From the IMG/VR virus record IMGVR_UViG_3300033168_000004, positions 1 to 39,238 of that record: 39,238 bases of DNA. The stretch is one strand, 5' to 3'. A model generated the notes under the pieces. The model did not search any database. It was given only the letters and a program-made list of their open reading frames with translations, and was not told the DNA's origin. Position numbers and translations under genes: made by a program. Positions 8,643 to 16,661 of this stretch are shown here, one piece after another (the stretch's first letter is position 1; each line of letters starts with the position of its first letter). Source of the DNA: a virus (lineage: Duplodnaviria; Caudoviricetes).

Positions 8643-8956
8643 GGAGCTGGGGCGTCACAGTGCCGACCCTCGCACCGATGAGCGAGCGGGACTTCCAGCA
8701 GATCGTCACCGACCTCGCCCTGTTTCGGGGCTGGTGCTACTACCACACCCACGACTCACGACGCTCACAGGCAGGCTGGCCGGATCTGGCGCTGTGGAAG
8801 CCGGGCCGATTCATGCTCCGCGAGATCAAGACCGACCGAGGACGGCTCACCGTCACGCAGGAAGCCGCGATCGCCGGTCTGCGGGACGCCGGGGTTGACG
8901 CCGATGTGTGGCGGCCGCGGGACCTCGACCGGATCCGCGTGGAGCTCGCACCGTGA
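8639..8956 (+). CDS. VRR-NUC domain nuclease
   Basis: SERDFQ, YHTHDSRRS..GWPDL, EIKT..GRL and VWRP.D motifs; start could be 8678. Confidence 0.85.
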   Translation: MRSWGVTVPTLAPMSERDFQQIVTDLALFRGWCYYHTHDSRRSQAGWPDLALWKPGRFMLREIKTDRGRLTVTQEAAIAGLRDAGVDADVWRPRDLDRIRVELAP

Positions 8957-9231
8957 CCGCCGACTCGCCGCTGAGCTACCGGACCTCTGAGTCGATTAGC
9001 CTGAACCAGCCGGACCAGACCGAACACGACCGGATCGCCGCGGCTGGCTACTACAGCACCACCTACTGCTCGCGGTTGTTCATCATCAAGGAGGACCATC
9101 GGGACGATCAGGACGACTGCCTGACGTGTTCCTACATCGCCACCCCGGCGTTCCTTGAGACCAGAGCACGCTTTGACCAGCAGGAGCTGGCGAGCTTCGG
9201 GGTCGAGTGGGATCCGAGCCTCAGGCTATGA
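8953..9231 (+). CDS. Hypothetical protein
   Basis: GTGA and ATGA coupling. Confidence 0.55.
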   Translation: MTADSPLSYRTSESISLNQPDQTEHDRIAAAGYYSTTYCSRLFIIKEDHRDDQDDCLTCSYIATPAFLETRARFDQQELASFGVEWDPSLRL

Positions 9232-10427
9232 CCGCCGTCGTCGGCTCATTGTGCTCCGGTTATGGCGGTCTGGACTTGGGCCTGTCACTCGCGCTCGGCG
9301 GGGACGTGCGCACCGCGTGGCACGTCGAGAACGACGAACACGCCGCCGCAATCCTCGCCCACCACTACCCCGGGGTGCCGAACCACGGGGACCTCACCGC
9401 CGTGGACTGGACGCAGGTCGAGCCAGTGGACTGGCTCACGGCCGGCTTCCCGTGCCAGGACCTGTCCCACGCCGGGCGCCGTGCAGGGATGCGCCCCGGG
9501 ATCCGCAGCGGCTTGTGGTTCCACGTCGCCTACGTCATCGGCCAGCTACGGCCACGCCACGTGCTGCTGGAGAACGTAAGGGGGCTGCTCAGTGGACGAG
9601 CTGATCGCGATCTGGGACCGGACGGGGCAGACCTGGAGGCTGCCAATCCCGGAGCTGTTCGGGCCCTCGGCGTCGTACTCGGAGACCTGGCCGACCTCGG
9701 GTTCGATGCGCGGTGGGTGTGCGTACGCGCTTCCGATGCCGGTGCTCCCCACGGACGTGCCCGAGTGTTCATCGTCGCTACCGACACCGAGAGCGACCCG
9801 CGGCGGCTCAGCTACCGAGACGGTCTACCTGCTGGACTCGGACGGAGCGATGCGAGGCCCACTGCTCCCGACGCCTACCGCAAGCGAAGCGACCGGGGCG
9901 GGCTACACGGATCGGGTCAACGGCGGTGGCCGCAACCTACGGACGGAAGTGTCACTGCCACCGACCCCGATGACGCAGGACGCGGCGAACACCGCCGGCC
10001 CGTCGCAGCTAGACCGGAAATCCCTGCCGCTCAACGCGGTAGTGACGCTGCTACCGACGCCGTTGTACAGCGACGGCGGGGGACCTCGGGGCAGCTCGGC
10101 GGGCTGGGGACTGAGGGACGAGAGCCGCAGGATCGCCCGCGATGTGGCTGCCTTAGCTGGGGGAAGTACGCCCCTGCCGTTCACCGATGGGAACTAGTCC
10201 TCGGAAGGCCAGCGCCAGCCCCTACCGAGCCGGGATTGAAGGGCCTACCTCGCCTCTCACGATGGGCAGACGAGTGGTTGATGGGCCTTCCTGACGGCTG
10301 GGTGACCGCCGTCCCCGGCATCCCACGGAACGCGCAACTACGGGCATTGGGGAACGGATGTGTCCCGCAGCAAGTCACCCTCGCCCTGCACCTACTCGGT
10401 GTCACCGTTTCGGAGCGGGTGGCATGA
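9228..10427 (+). CDS. DNA (cytosine-5)-methyltransferase, catalytic polypeptide
   Basis: Motif I SLCSGYGG, IV GFPCQDLS, VI ENV, VIII HGRARVF, IX EWLMGLP, X LGNG. Confidence 0.92.
   Translation: MTAVVGSLCSGYGGLDLGLSLALGGDVRTAWHVENDEHAAAILAHHYPGVPNHGDLTAVDWTQVEPVDWLTAGFPCQDLSHAGRRAGMRPGIRSGLWFHVAYVIGQLRPRHVLLENVRGLLSGRADRDLGPDGADLEAANPGAVRALGVVLGDLADLGFDARWVCVRASDAGAPHGRARVFIVATDTESDPRRLSYRDGLPAGLGRSDARPTAPDAYRKRSDRGGLHGSGQRRWPQPTDGSVTATDPDDAGRGEHRRPVAARPEIPAAQRGSDAATDAVVQRRRGTSGQLGGLGTEGREPQDRPRCGCLSWGKYAPAVHRWELVLGRPAPAPTEPGLKGLPRLSRWADEWLMGLPDGWVTAVPGIPRNAQLRALGNGCVPQQVTLALHLLGVTVSERVA
9592..10197 (+). CDS. Nested +1-frame ORF, putative second (specificity / beta) subunit of the methyltransferase
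   Basis: AAGGGGG RBS 7 nt before GTG; SETWPTSGSMRGG motif and four LPTP-type repeats; 201 codons open inside the MTase gene. Confidence 0.7.
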   Translation: MDELIAIWDRTGQTWRLPIPELFGPSASYSETWPTSGSMRGGCAYALPMPVLPTDVPECSSSLPTPRATRGGSATETVYLLDSDGAMRGPLLPTPTASEATGAGYTDRVNGGGRNLRTEVSLPPTPMTQDAANTAGPSQLDRKSLPLNAVVTLLPTPLYSDGGGPRGSSAGWGLRDESRRIARDVAALAGGSTPLPFTDGN

Positions 10428-10554
10428 CGTACCGCCGGAGGGCGTCTAACAGGACAGCGGTGACGGTCGAGCCGTCCCGCTCGGCCTTTGCGAGTGCGGC
10501 GGTCCACAGCGCGTCGGGGACCCGGATGTTGCGGCCCGGAGTGCCTCGGCTCAT
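10402..10554 (-). CDS. Ribbon-helix-helix (Arc/CopG-like) DNA-binding protein, 50 aa
   Basis: MSRGTPGRNIRVPDALWTAALAKAERDGSTVTAVLLDALRRYVMPPAPKR; begins 1 nt after the stop of 10556-10780; below the ORF-track cutoff. Confidence 0.8.
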   Translation of the reverse strand: MSRGTPGRNIRVPDALWTAALAKAERDGSTVTAVLLDALRRYVMPPAPKR

Positions 10555-10948
10555 CTCAGCCCGCGAGGATGTTGCGTCGGGCTGCCCGGACGACCTGCAG
10601 GGTGCTGGGGTCGTTCGCGAGGTGCACGAGGCCGTGGACCCTGCCCGTGGCCTTGTGGCTGGCAGGAGCAGCGGCGCCGATGGCGAGGGGGCTGACGGTC
10701 GCGGTCAGCGGCGTGGTGAGGCCGAGGGTGGTGGCGTTGGCGCGGCAGGTCTTGCAGTCGCAGGTGATCGTGACGGTCATGGTGTGCTCCCCGGTAGGTG
10801 TAGATACACCCTAGACCGGCGGACGGCGCGGTGTCAACACACCCCGGCAGCAATCGAGGCCGAGCCGTGCACCGACGCCGAGATCGCCTACCAGGCCGCC
10901 CGCCAGATCCGCCGTCGCGCCACACAACCCACCGAAGGAGCCGCATGA
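10424..10948 (+). CDS. Sense-strand bridging ORF over the antisense cassette
   Basis: ATGA overlap with the MTase stop and with the next gene; open for 174 codons, but most of the product looks like antisense translation. Confidence 0.35.
   Translation: MTYRRRASNRTAVTVEPSRSAFASAAVHSASGTRMLRPGVPRLISAREDVASGCPDDLQGAGVVREVHEAVDPARGLVAGRSSGADGEGADGRGQRRGEAEGGGVGAAGLAVAGDRDGHGVLPGRCRYTLDRRTARCQHTPAAIEAEPCTDAEIAYQAARQIRRRATQPTEGAA
10556..10780 (-). CDS. Small hypothetical protein (CDCKTC), first gene of the antisense cassette
   Basis: GGGGAG RBS 6 nt before ATG; high-GC3 codons on the minus strand; promoter upstream. Confidence 0.7.
   Translation of the reverse strand: MTVTITCDCKTCRANATTLGLTTPLTATVSPLAIGAAAPASHKATGRVHGLVHLANDPSTLQVVRAARRNILAG
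10797..10840 (-). promoter_or_regulatory. Leftward promoter with two GTGT/ACAC palindromes
   Basis: TTGACA(10837-10832)-18 nt-TAGGGT(10813-10808); GGTGTA-ga-TACACC at 10797-10810 and GTGT-ca-ACAC at 10831-10840. Confidence 0.7.
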
Positions 10949-11169
10949 GCACCGCCCAGCCCGGTCCGTGTCTGCGGCCGGAGAAGCGCCGCTACCCCAC
11001 CAGAGCGCTCGCCCTGGCCGCGATGACCGACCTTCGGCGGGACACCCACCACCGCGATCTTTCGGTCTACAGATGTCCTGTTGCGGGCCCGGAGCATTGG
11101 CATGTGGGGCACAGCCGGGTCCTGCTCACCGGCCGGATCCGCCGAGCCCTACGGAAAGGAACGCCATGA
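10945..11169 (+). CDS. Small Cys/His protein (paralog A)
   Basis: GAAGGAG RBS; C..P.K.RY...YRCP....HWHV.H. Confidence 0.7.
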   Translation: MSTAQPGPCLRPEKRRYPTRALALAAMTDLRRDTHHRDLSVYRCPVAGPEHWHVGHSRVLLTGRIRRALRKGTP

Positions 11170-11366
11170 CGGAAACAGTGTGTTTTCGCCCGGATCTTCT
11201 CCGCTACGACGACCTCGCCGACGCCGCGACCTCATGCGCGGGCCGCGCATGGCGGGCCACGCTATACCGCTGCCCTCCGGATGGTCCCTCGCATTGGCAC
11301 GTTGAGTACCACCGAGCGTCGCTGTTGAACCGAATCCGCCGGGCACTACGGAAGGGAACGCCATGA
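11166..11366 (+). CDS. Small Cys/His protein (paralog B)
   Basis: Same motif; identical C-terminus RIRRALRKGTP. Confidence 0.7.
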   Translation: MTETVCFRPDLLRYDDLADAATSCAGRAWRATLYRCPPDGPSHWHVEYHRASLLNRIRRALRKGTP

Positions 11367-11653
11367 TCACGTCGTTCATCTGGCCGCACCCGTTGCCCTA
11401 CGGCGACCCGAAACACGGGACGCTGAACGGCTACGGCAACCTCGGATGCCGCTGCCCGGACTGCCGAGCTGCGAGTGCGCAGGCGCAGCGACAAGCGCGG
11501 AAGGTCCGGGCCGCACGGCTCGTCGCTGATCCGAGCTTGGCGACGCACGGCAAGGCGAACACCTACGTCAACTGGGCATGCCACTGTCGTCCTTGCACTA
11601 AGGCCAAATCCGCCGTCGACACCATCGGCCGCCGGCGTAGGGCCACCCCGTGA
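11363..11653 (+). CDS. Zinc-binding repeat protein
   Basis: Two HG...Y....C.C..C repeats. Confidence 0.7.
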   Translation: MITSFIWPHPLPYGDPKHGTLNGYGNLGCRCPDCRAASAQAQRQARKVRAARLVADPSLATHGKANTYVNWACHCRPCTKAKSAVDTIGRRRRATP

Positions 11654-12021
11654 CCTACGCGCTGCCGGCCTCTGTCGCCGCCAACATCACCCTGCGCGCC
11701 GGCGCCCTACAACCAGGGCCGTGCGGTGGCGGAACGGGCCGTGGGCGGGTCTGTGGGAGGCTCCCAGCGGTCCTGCACCCCTGCGGGTGGCGGTGCGCCG
11801 GGCACCGTCCGGCGCCGGTCAACCCGAGCCCGGACCCGACCCGGACCGCCACCGCTCTGCGCGTGGCGCAGCAGGAGGCGTCGGTGTTCGAACACTTCCC
11901 CGAGAACGGCACGAGTGGGACAATGCGGGGACAACTCCACATGCGGAAGCCCCCGGACGCTTGCAACGCCGGAGGCCTCCTGACCCACCCCACTCGACTA
12001 CTGACCGAGAAGGAGGGCTAG
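11650..12021 (+). CDS. Hypothetical protein
   Basis: GTGA coupling. Confidence 0.5.
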   Translation: MTYALPASVAANITLRAGALQPGPCGGGTGRGRVCGRLPAVLHPCGWRCAGHRPAPVNPSPDPTRTATALRVAQQEASVFEHFPENGTSGTMRGQLHMRKPPDACNAGGLLTHPTRLLTEKEG

Positions 12022-12028
12022 TGCCATC

Positions 12029-12301
12029 ATGGTGCCCCAGCCTTGCAAGGACCGCAAGACCCCCACTACCGCCGCAGCCGTGAGTGAAGACTGTAAGTGC
12101 CGCTGCCCGGTATGCCATGCCAGGAGCCAGGCAGCAGAGCAGGCTGGTCACTCATCGCCGCTTCTGACGTGGCATGAGCAGACAGAAGCCTTGGCACTCC
12201 TGCACTACTGGTGGGAGCACAACCGCGGCGGGCTGCCAATGGACGAAGCGGTCGTGCTGTTCACGAAGACGATGCTCGACAAGCACGCGGCGCGGACCTG
12301 A
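12029..12301 (+). CDS. Hypothetical Cys-containing protein
   Basis: CKCRCPVCH; start could be GTG 12080. Confidence 0.55.
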   Translation: MVPQPCKDRKTPTTAAAVSEDCKCRCPVCHARSQAAEQAGHSSPLLTWHEQTEALALLHYWWEHNRGGLPMDEAVVLFTKTMLDKHAART

Positions 12302-12555
12302 TGGGCACGGCGGATCTGCACTTCCGGCCATTCAATGGCAACGCCTCAGGCCTGCTCGCAACCGGGCCGGATGGTCACATGCTCGGCCACCTTGAGCCCG
12401 ACGACATCTGCCGCTGCGAATGCACGATGTGTCTCAGCATTGCCGATATCTGCGTTTGCCATCTATGTCGTGAGGGTTGGTTTCGCCTCAAGCCCTACAT
12501 CGGCGTCGTTCACTTCACCAAACTAGTGCTCGACAAGCACCCGGCGAGCCGCTGA
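12301..12555 (+). CDS. Hypothetical Cys-rich protein
   Basis: TGATG coupling; C-terminus FTKLVLDKH resembles FTKTMLDKH of the preceding gene. Confidence 0.55.
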   Translation: MGTADLHFRPFNGNASGLLATGPDGHMLGHLEPDDICRCECTMCLSIADICVCHLCREGWFRLKPYIGVVHFTKLVLDKHPASR

Positions 12556-12893
12556 TGCCCCGGCGACCTCGGATGACCTACGTCCCGCTCGACGTGGAGT
12601 TCTTCGACAACGAGCGGATCCTGAACGCCGGCGAGAAAGCCGCGTACCTGTACCTGGCGATGTGCTGCCGGGCGAAGAAACTGCTGTCCGACGGGCGGCT
12701 GTCGCCGTCGCAGGTCGAGCGGCTGCACGTCCCCGGATGGAAGCAGCGACTCGCCGCACTGATGGACGCAGGCCTGGTCGTGGGCTTGGACGACGGTGGC
12801 TACGGGATCGTCGGATGGTTGGAACGGAACCTCTCAGCCCTGCAGGTCGAGGAGCACAGGGACCGCGACAAGGCCCGGAAGGGAGCCGCATGA
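12555..12893 (+). CDS. Replication initiator-like protein, N-terminal wHTH part
   Basis: YVPLDVEFFDNERI...GEKA..LYL.M......SDGRL...L...GLV pattern; iterons immediately downstream. Confidence 0.65.
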   Translation: MPRRPRMTYVPLDVEFFDNERILNAGEKAAYLYLAMCCRAKKLLSDGRLSPSQVERLHVPGWKQRLAALMDAGLVVGLDDGGYGIVGWLERNLSALQVEEHRDRDKARKGAA

Positions 12894-13357
12894 CCGGCCG
12901 GATTCCAGACGGAATCCGCGTGGATTCCAGACGGAACGGAGACGGAAACGAGACGGAAGAGGGACGGAAACGGTACCGGATTCCAGACGGATTCCAGACG
13001 GATTCCGCGTGGCCTCTTAGAGAAGTAGAAGGGAAGAGAAGGGAAGTAGAAGTAAACCCAGCCACTCACCAGCGCCGTCCACAGCCTGTGGACAACCTGC
13101 TCACCCGGCACCTCGACAACCCCGCCGGCAACGACCGCCACCGCTGCGTCCTGCTCGACGCCCAGCGCCTCAGATGCCTCGATTGCCGGCACACCCTCGT
13201 GCTCCCCGCCGCCCCCAGCCCATCCGGCTCCACTTCGACTTCCTCAGATTCCCCGAACCACAACAGCCCCGACCGCTGCGCCGAGCATGTCGGGCAGTGG
13301 GCCAGGACGTGCGGACCGTGCCGAGCAGACACCCTCGGCGGACAGGAAGCGTCGTGA
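12890..13357 (+). CDS. Replication-associated protein, iteron-containing part with Cys/His C-terminus
   Basis: GGGAG RBS and ATGA overlap; PVDN motif; C..H...C..C at the end. Confidence 0.55.
   Translation: MTGRIPDGIRVDSRRNGDGNETEEGRKRYRIPDGFQTDSAWPLREVEGKRREVEVNPATHQRRPQPVDNLLTRHLDNPAGNDRHRCVLLDAQRLRCLDCRHTLVLPAAPSPSGSTSTSSDSPNHNSPDRCAEHVGQWARTCGPCRADTLGGQEAS
12900..13012. repeat. Iteron array, putative replication origin
   Basis: GGATTCCAGAC at 12900, 12922, 12978 and 12989; GGAWTCCGCGTGG at 12911 and 13000; several GACGGAA units between; purine-rich tract follows. Confidence 0.75.
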
Positions 13358-13722
13358 GCGAAACCAAGCCCTACCGCGTGCTCGTCACCGGCTCCCGCAA
13401 CTGGGAAAGCCGGCATGCCATCCACTGCGCCTTGGACCTGTTTCACGTCACGCGCGGCCCCTGTGTCCTGGTCAGCGGCGCCTGCCCGACCGGCGCCGAC
13501 CGGATGGCCGAGGAGCATGCCATCTGGCTTAGCTGGACCATCGAACGCCACCCCGCCGACTGGGAGAAACACGGCAAGGCAGCGGGCTTCCGGCGCAACA
13601 CCGAGATGGTCACCCTCGGGGCCGACGTGTGCCTCGCGTTTATCCGAGACGGCAGCCGAGGGGCCACTCACACCGCTCGGCTAGCACGGGATCACGGCAT
13701 TCCCACGACGGTCTGCACATGA
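13354..13722 (+). CDS. DUF2493 / YspA-like SLOG family protein
   Basis: RVLVTGSRNW, G.CPTGAD, PADWEKHGKAAGFRRN.EM and SRGATH. Confidence 0.88.
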   Translation: MSETKPYRVLVTGSRNWESRHAIHCALDLFHVTRGPCVLVSGACPTGADRMAEEHAIWLSWTIERHPADWEKHGKAAGFRRNTEMVTLGADVCLAFIRDGSRGATHTARLARDHGIPTTVCT

Positions 13723-14033
13723 CCCGCGAGCCGCTGTCCGGGCTGGTCCTGCGCTGCTACGACGACAAGGCGTACCTCGTGCACGACCGAGCGACCGGTG
13801 GACCGCTGGGCAGCGTCATCGCCTGGTTCTCGTGCTGGGGCGCCTACGGCTTCGGCATGCAACTCATAGCCGAGGGCCGCACTCGCACCGAGGCACTCCG
13901 GGCCGCCTGGCCCAACCTGACACCACCCGCAACGACGGACGCCGCTGACAGCCTCGCAGCGCCAGCCCCACACTCGGGTAAGGCCCAGCACTTGAACGAA
14001 CCGCAGAACGGCGCAGAGGAGGAACGGCGATGA
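13719..14033 (+). CDS. Hypothetical protein
   Basis: ATGA coupling at both ends. Confidence 0.55.
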   Translation: MTREPLSGLVLRCYDDKAYLVHDRATGGPLGSVIAWFSCWGAYGFGMQLIAEGRTRTEALRAAWPNLTPPATTDAADSLAAPAPHSGKAQHLNEPQNGAEEERR

Positions 14034-14455
14034 CGGCGACGCACCCCGACGACCCGGCGATGTTCGCCCACGTGTTGCAGGACAGCGACAGCTTCGCGAT
14101 AGATCAGGTCCGGGTCATCCTCGGTCGGCGGGGCAACGGGACAGGGTTCGTGGAAGCGATTGTGCCGGAACTGCTCGGTGACGAGGTGTCCTGGCACCGG
14201 ACGCGATGGGAGCCCAACGGACCCATGGCTCCGGCCAACCCGGACGAGCGAATCGGCGTTCGCATCCCTCCCGAGTACGCCGTCCCCCTTGCCGGTGCGC
14301 TTCTCGCCTACGCCGGGCAGGAAGACCCTGGACCGGCGGCGATACTCAGGCAGCAACTCGACCTAGCGAACACTCGCGCCGTCCTCGCTGAAGAACGCGC
14401 CTACGCCCTCGCGAACCGAGCCCTTGACATAGCGGTCGCGCAGCCGCTCACGTGA
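14030..14455 (+). CDS. Hypothetical protein
   Basis: GAGGAGG RBS; coupled. Confidence 0.65.
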   Translation: MTATHPDDPAMFAHVLQDSDSFAIDQVRVILGRRGNGTGFVEAIVPELLGDEVSWHRTRWEPNGPMAPANPDERIGVRIPPEYAVPLAGALLAYAGQEDPGPAAILRQQLDLANTRAVLAEERAYALANRALDIAVAQPLT

Positions 14456-15345
14456 GCACGATCACCTGCGCCCGCTGCCCTTGGCGCCCCGACCCCGACT
14501 CCGACGTCCCCGCCCGTGAGCAGGCCCAGGTCCACGCCGCCGACCTCGACCACCCCCGCTGTGTCTGCTGTGGCCAAAGTCTAGTCCGTGGCGAGCTCGG
14601 AACGTGCGAGACCCGCGACCCCGGCGACGGCACCCCCTGTCTCCAGACCGCCCGCGAGCACCTGTCCGGCATTCGCGCGCTCTACGATCAGCTCGGCAGC
14701 CATCTCGGCCATCTGCGCGGGCCCCGGTTGGGCAGCAGCAGCCCGAGCGCATCGGACGGCCGGCCCCTGCCCGGCGGTGACGTCCTCGCCCTGCTCGGCC
14801 CGGGGAGCCGCGGGGACAGCGAGGACGGCCACACCAGCAAGGACGGCGACCCGGTGAGCGTCGCCTACGAACTCACCTGGTGGGCCGAGGACTGGGCCGA
14901 CCGGTTCGGCGACCGGGCGGTTGACGTCCGGCCGCGCGCCCCGGCAGCACAGCTGAGGCAGGCGCTCTCCTACCTCGAGCGACGGATGCGGCGCGCTTCC
15001 CGCGAGCACCCGGCGTACGACGAGTTCGCCACTGACCTGCGCACGATCCACCGGACCTTGGAGCGGGCATCGGCGTTGATCCGCACCCCCGCCCGGCCAG
15101 AGGCTGCCTGTTTTGACTGCGGCGGTCAGCTCATCGTCGGCCTAGTCGAGGCCACTGTCGTCCACGGCGACCGCTCCTGGACCGGCCTGGTTGAGCAGGA
15201 CCCGCCACACATCACCTGCGAACGCTGCCACCGCGGCTACACCGCCGCCGCCTACGCCCTCGCCCGCCGGCAGTTGCTGGAGCAGGAGCGCGAGCGGGAG
15301 CGCGAGCGGCAGGCCGCGCAGGCAGCGTCCGAGGCCAGCGGATGA
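14452..15345 (+). CDS. Zinc-finger protein, possible late-gene regulator
   Basis: Several CxxC pairs; L..WAEDW motif; position at the end of the early operon. Confidence 0.6.
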   Translation: MSTITCARCPWRPDPDSDVPAREQAQVHAADLDHPRCVCCGQSLVRGELGTCETRDPGDGTPCLQTAREHLSGIRALYDQLGSHLGHLRGPRLGSSSPSASDGRPLPGGDVLALLGPGSRGDSEDGHTSKDGDPVSVAYELTWWAEDWADRFGDRAVDVRPRAPAAQLRQALSYLERRMRRASREHPAYDEFATDLRTIHRTLERASALIRTPARPEAACFDCGGQLIVGLVEATVVHGDRSWTGLVEQDPPHITCERCHRGYTAAAYALARRQLLEQERERERERQAAQAASEASG

Positions 15346-15686
15346 CCCGCCATGTGCTGGCCGCTATCGACGCCGCGATCGACGACTGGGAGGTCAGCGG
15401 CGACGCGATGCGGATCACCCACGGCGAGGCTACTTGGATAGACGAAATCTGCGACGGCAGGAATCTGTACAGAGAAATCGTCGACGAGATGGCCGGACGG
15501 TTAGAAACCGCTATGCGCCGAGCCTTTGCTCAAGCGTTAGGCGAAGACGTACCGGAAGATCCGACCATCCTTATGACCCCGACCGCCCCAGTTAGCCCAG
15601 CCCGCACCCGCCGTCCGGTGTACCGCGACGACCGACCGCGCCACATCACGCCCTACGGGCCGCCACCGCGGCACCGCCACCGATGA
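15342..15686 (+). CDS. Hypothetical protein
   Basis: ATGA coupling; D..VSGDAMR motif. Confidence 0.6.
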   Translation: MTRHVLAAIDAAIDDWEVSGDAMRITHGEATWIDEICDGRNLYREIVDEMAGRLETAMRRAFAQALGEDVPEDPTILMTPTAPVSPARTRRPVYRDDRPRHITPYGPPPRHRHR

Positions 15687-15931
15687 CCCACCTTGCGCCC
15701 CTCCCGGTCGTAGCGACCTGGCTCGACTGGCCCGAGCAGACCGTGAGGAACTGGTGCGCGCTCGGCAAGGTCCGGCACGCCAAGGTCAACGGCCGGCTTG
15801 AGGTCAGCCCCACGGACTGCCTGCGCCTCGCGACGGCCGCGAGCTTGCAGCCCGGTCGGTGGCGCGGCACGACCCGCACCCAACGACTTGACAAGATCGC
15901 CAGCGAGGGTAAGAGTTGCGCAGCGCGTTGA
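15683..15931 (+). CDS. Small HTH (MerR/excisionase-like fold) DNA-binding protein
   Basis: VATWLDWPEQTVRNWCALGKV. Confidence 0.65.
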   Translation: MTHLAPLPVVATWLDWPEQTVRNWCALGKVRHAKVNGRLEVSPTDCLRLATAASLQPGRWRGTTRTQRLDKIASEGKSCAAR

Positions 15932-15964
15932 ATGCTGCCCCGGAGCGCTAACCGTGGAGGCGTC

Positions 15965-16192
15965 GTGATCCACCTTCTGTTGGTCTACGACCGCTCGCAT
16001 GGCCGCCTGGTGCGCGAGCAGTCTTACGCCGATTCCCAGGCTGCTCTGGAGGAAAGGTTCGCGGCTGAACGGACGCACCGCGGGAACCCCGGCATCGAAG
16101 TTGTGGTGCTGACGGCCGAGTCGCGGGACGCCATTCGCCGCACGCACGGACGGTACTTCCATAGCGTCAGCGAGCTGGCATCAAGGCCATGA
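15965..16192 (+). CDS. Hypothetical protein
   Basis: GGAGG RBS before GTG; LLVYDR...EVVVL.A.S...IRRTH.RYF. Confidence 0.7.
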   Translation: MIHLLLVYDRSHGRLVREQSYADSQAALEERFAAERTHRGNPGIEVVVLTAESRDAIRRTHGRYFHSVSELASRP

Positions 16193-16359
16193 GCACTCCA
16201 CGGGTCTGCGCCTGGTGCAGCTCGCCCCTCACCACATGGCCGTCCAACCACGTCGCCCGCTGCGCCCACTGCGACCGGCTGTGCAAACAGCCGTGCTGCA
16301 CGCGTTGCCTCCACGCCAGCCGAACCCCCACCAGCCGAACCCCCACCCATCTGCGATGA
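16189..16359 (+). CDS. Small Cys-rich protein (56 aa)
   Basis: ATGA overlaps at both ends; CAWC, CAHC, CTRC; contains a 15-bp tandem duplication at 16316-16345. Confidence 0.5.
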   Translation: MSTPRVCAWCSSPLTTWPSNHVARCAHCDRLCKQPCCTRCLHASRTPTSRTPTHLR

Positions 16360-16649
16360 GGACTTACATGTTCGAGTCAGGCAAGTACTCCTACAAGAGC
16401 GACCTCAAGCTAGGTGAGCGCTACCGGGACAAGACGACCGGCTTGGACGGCCACCTCGTCTCCATCCACCTCTACGAGCACGCGTGCGAGCGCGGAACCC
16501 TGCGTTACGTCAACGGCCAGCGAGACGTGTCCGAAGCCACCTTCGACGCCCCAGAGCTGATCCATGTCGTCACGGGCCTGGTCGCGCAGTCCGAGCGCAC
16601 CGGAGGCCCTGACCGCGCTATGGGCGGACGATCCAACCCGGCTCGGTAG
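16356..16649 (+). CDS. Hypothetical protein
   Basis: LG..YRD..TG..G......Y..GC-like pattern; start 16356 or 16368. Confidence 0.65.
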   Translation: MRTYMFESGKYSYKSDLKLGERYRDKTTGLDGHLVSIHLYEHACERGTLRYVNGQRDVSEATFDAPELIHVVTGLVAQSERTGGPDRAMGGRSNPAR

Positions 16650-16661
16650 ATCACACCTGCG

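Noticed and set aside
12900-13012. Possible mini-CRISPR or DGR repeat
   Set aside because: Short irregular repeats beside an initiator-like gene fit iterons; no reverse transcriptase or template/variable repeat pair was seen.
15888-15916. Late promoter at TTGACA 15888
   Set aside because: Perfect -35 but no TANNNT at 17-18 nt spacing; may be activator-dependent but is not supportable from sequence alone.
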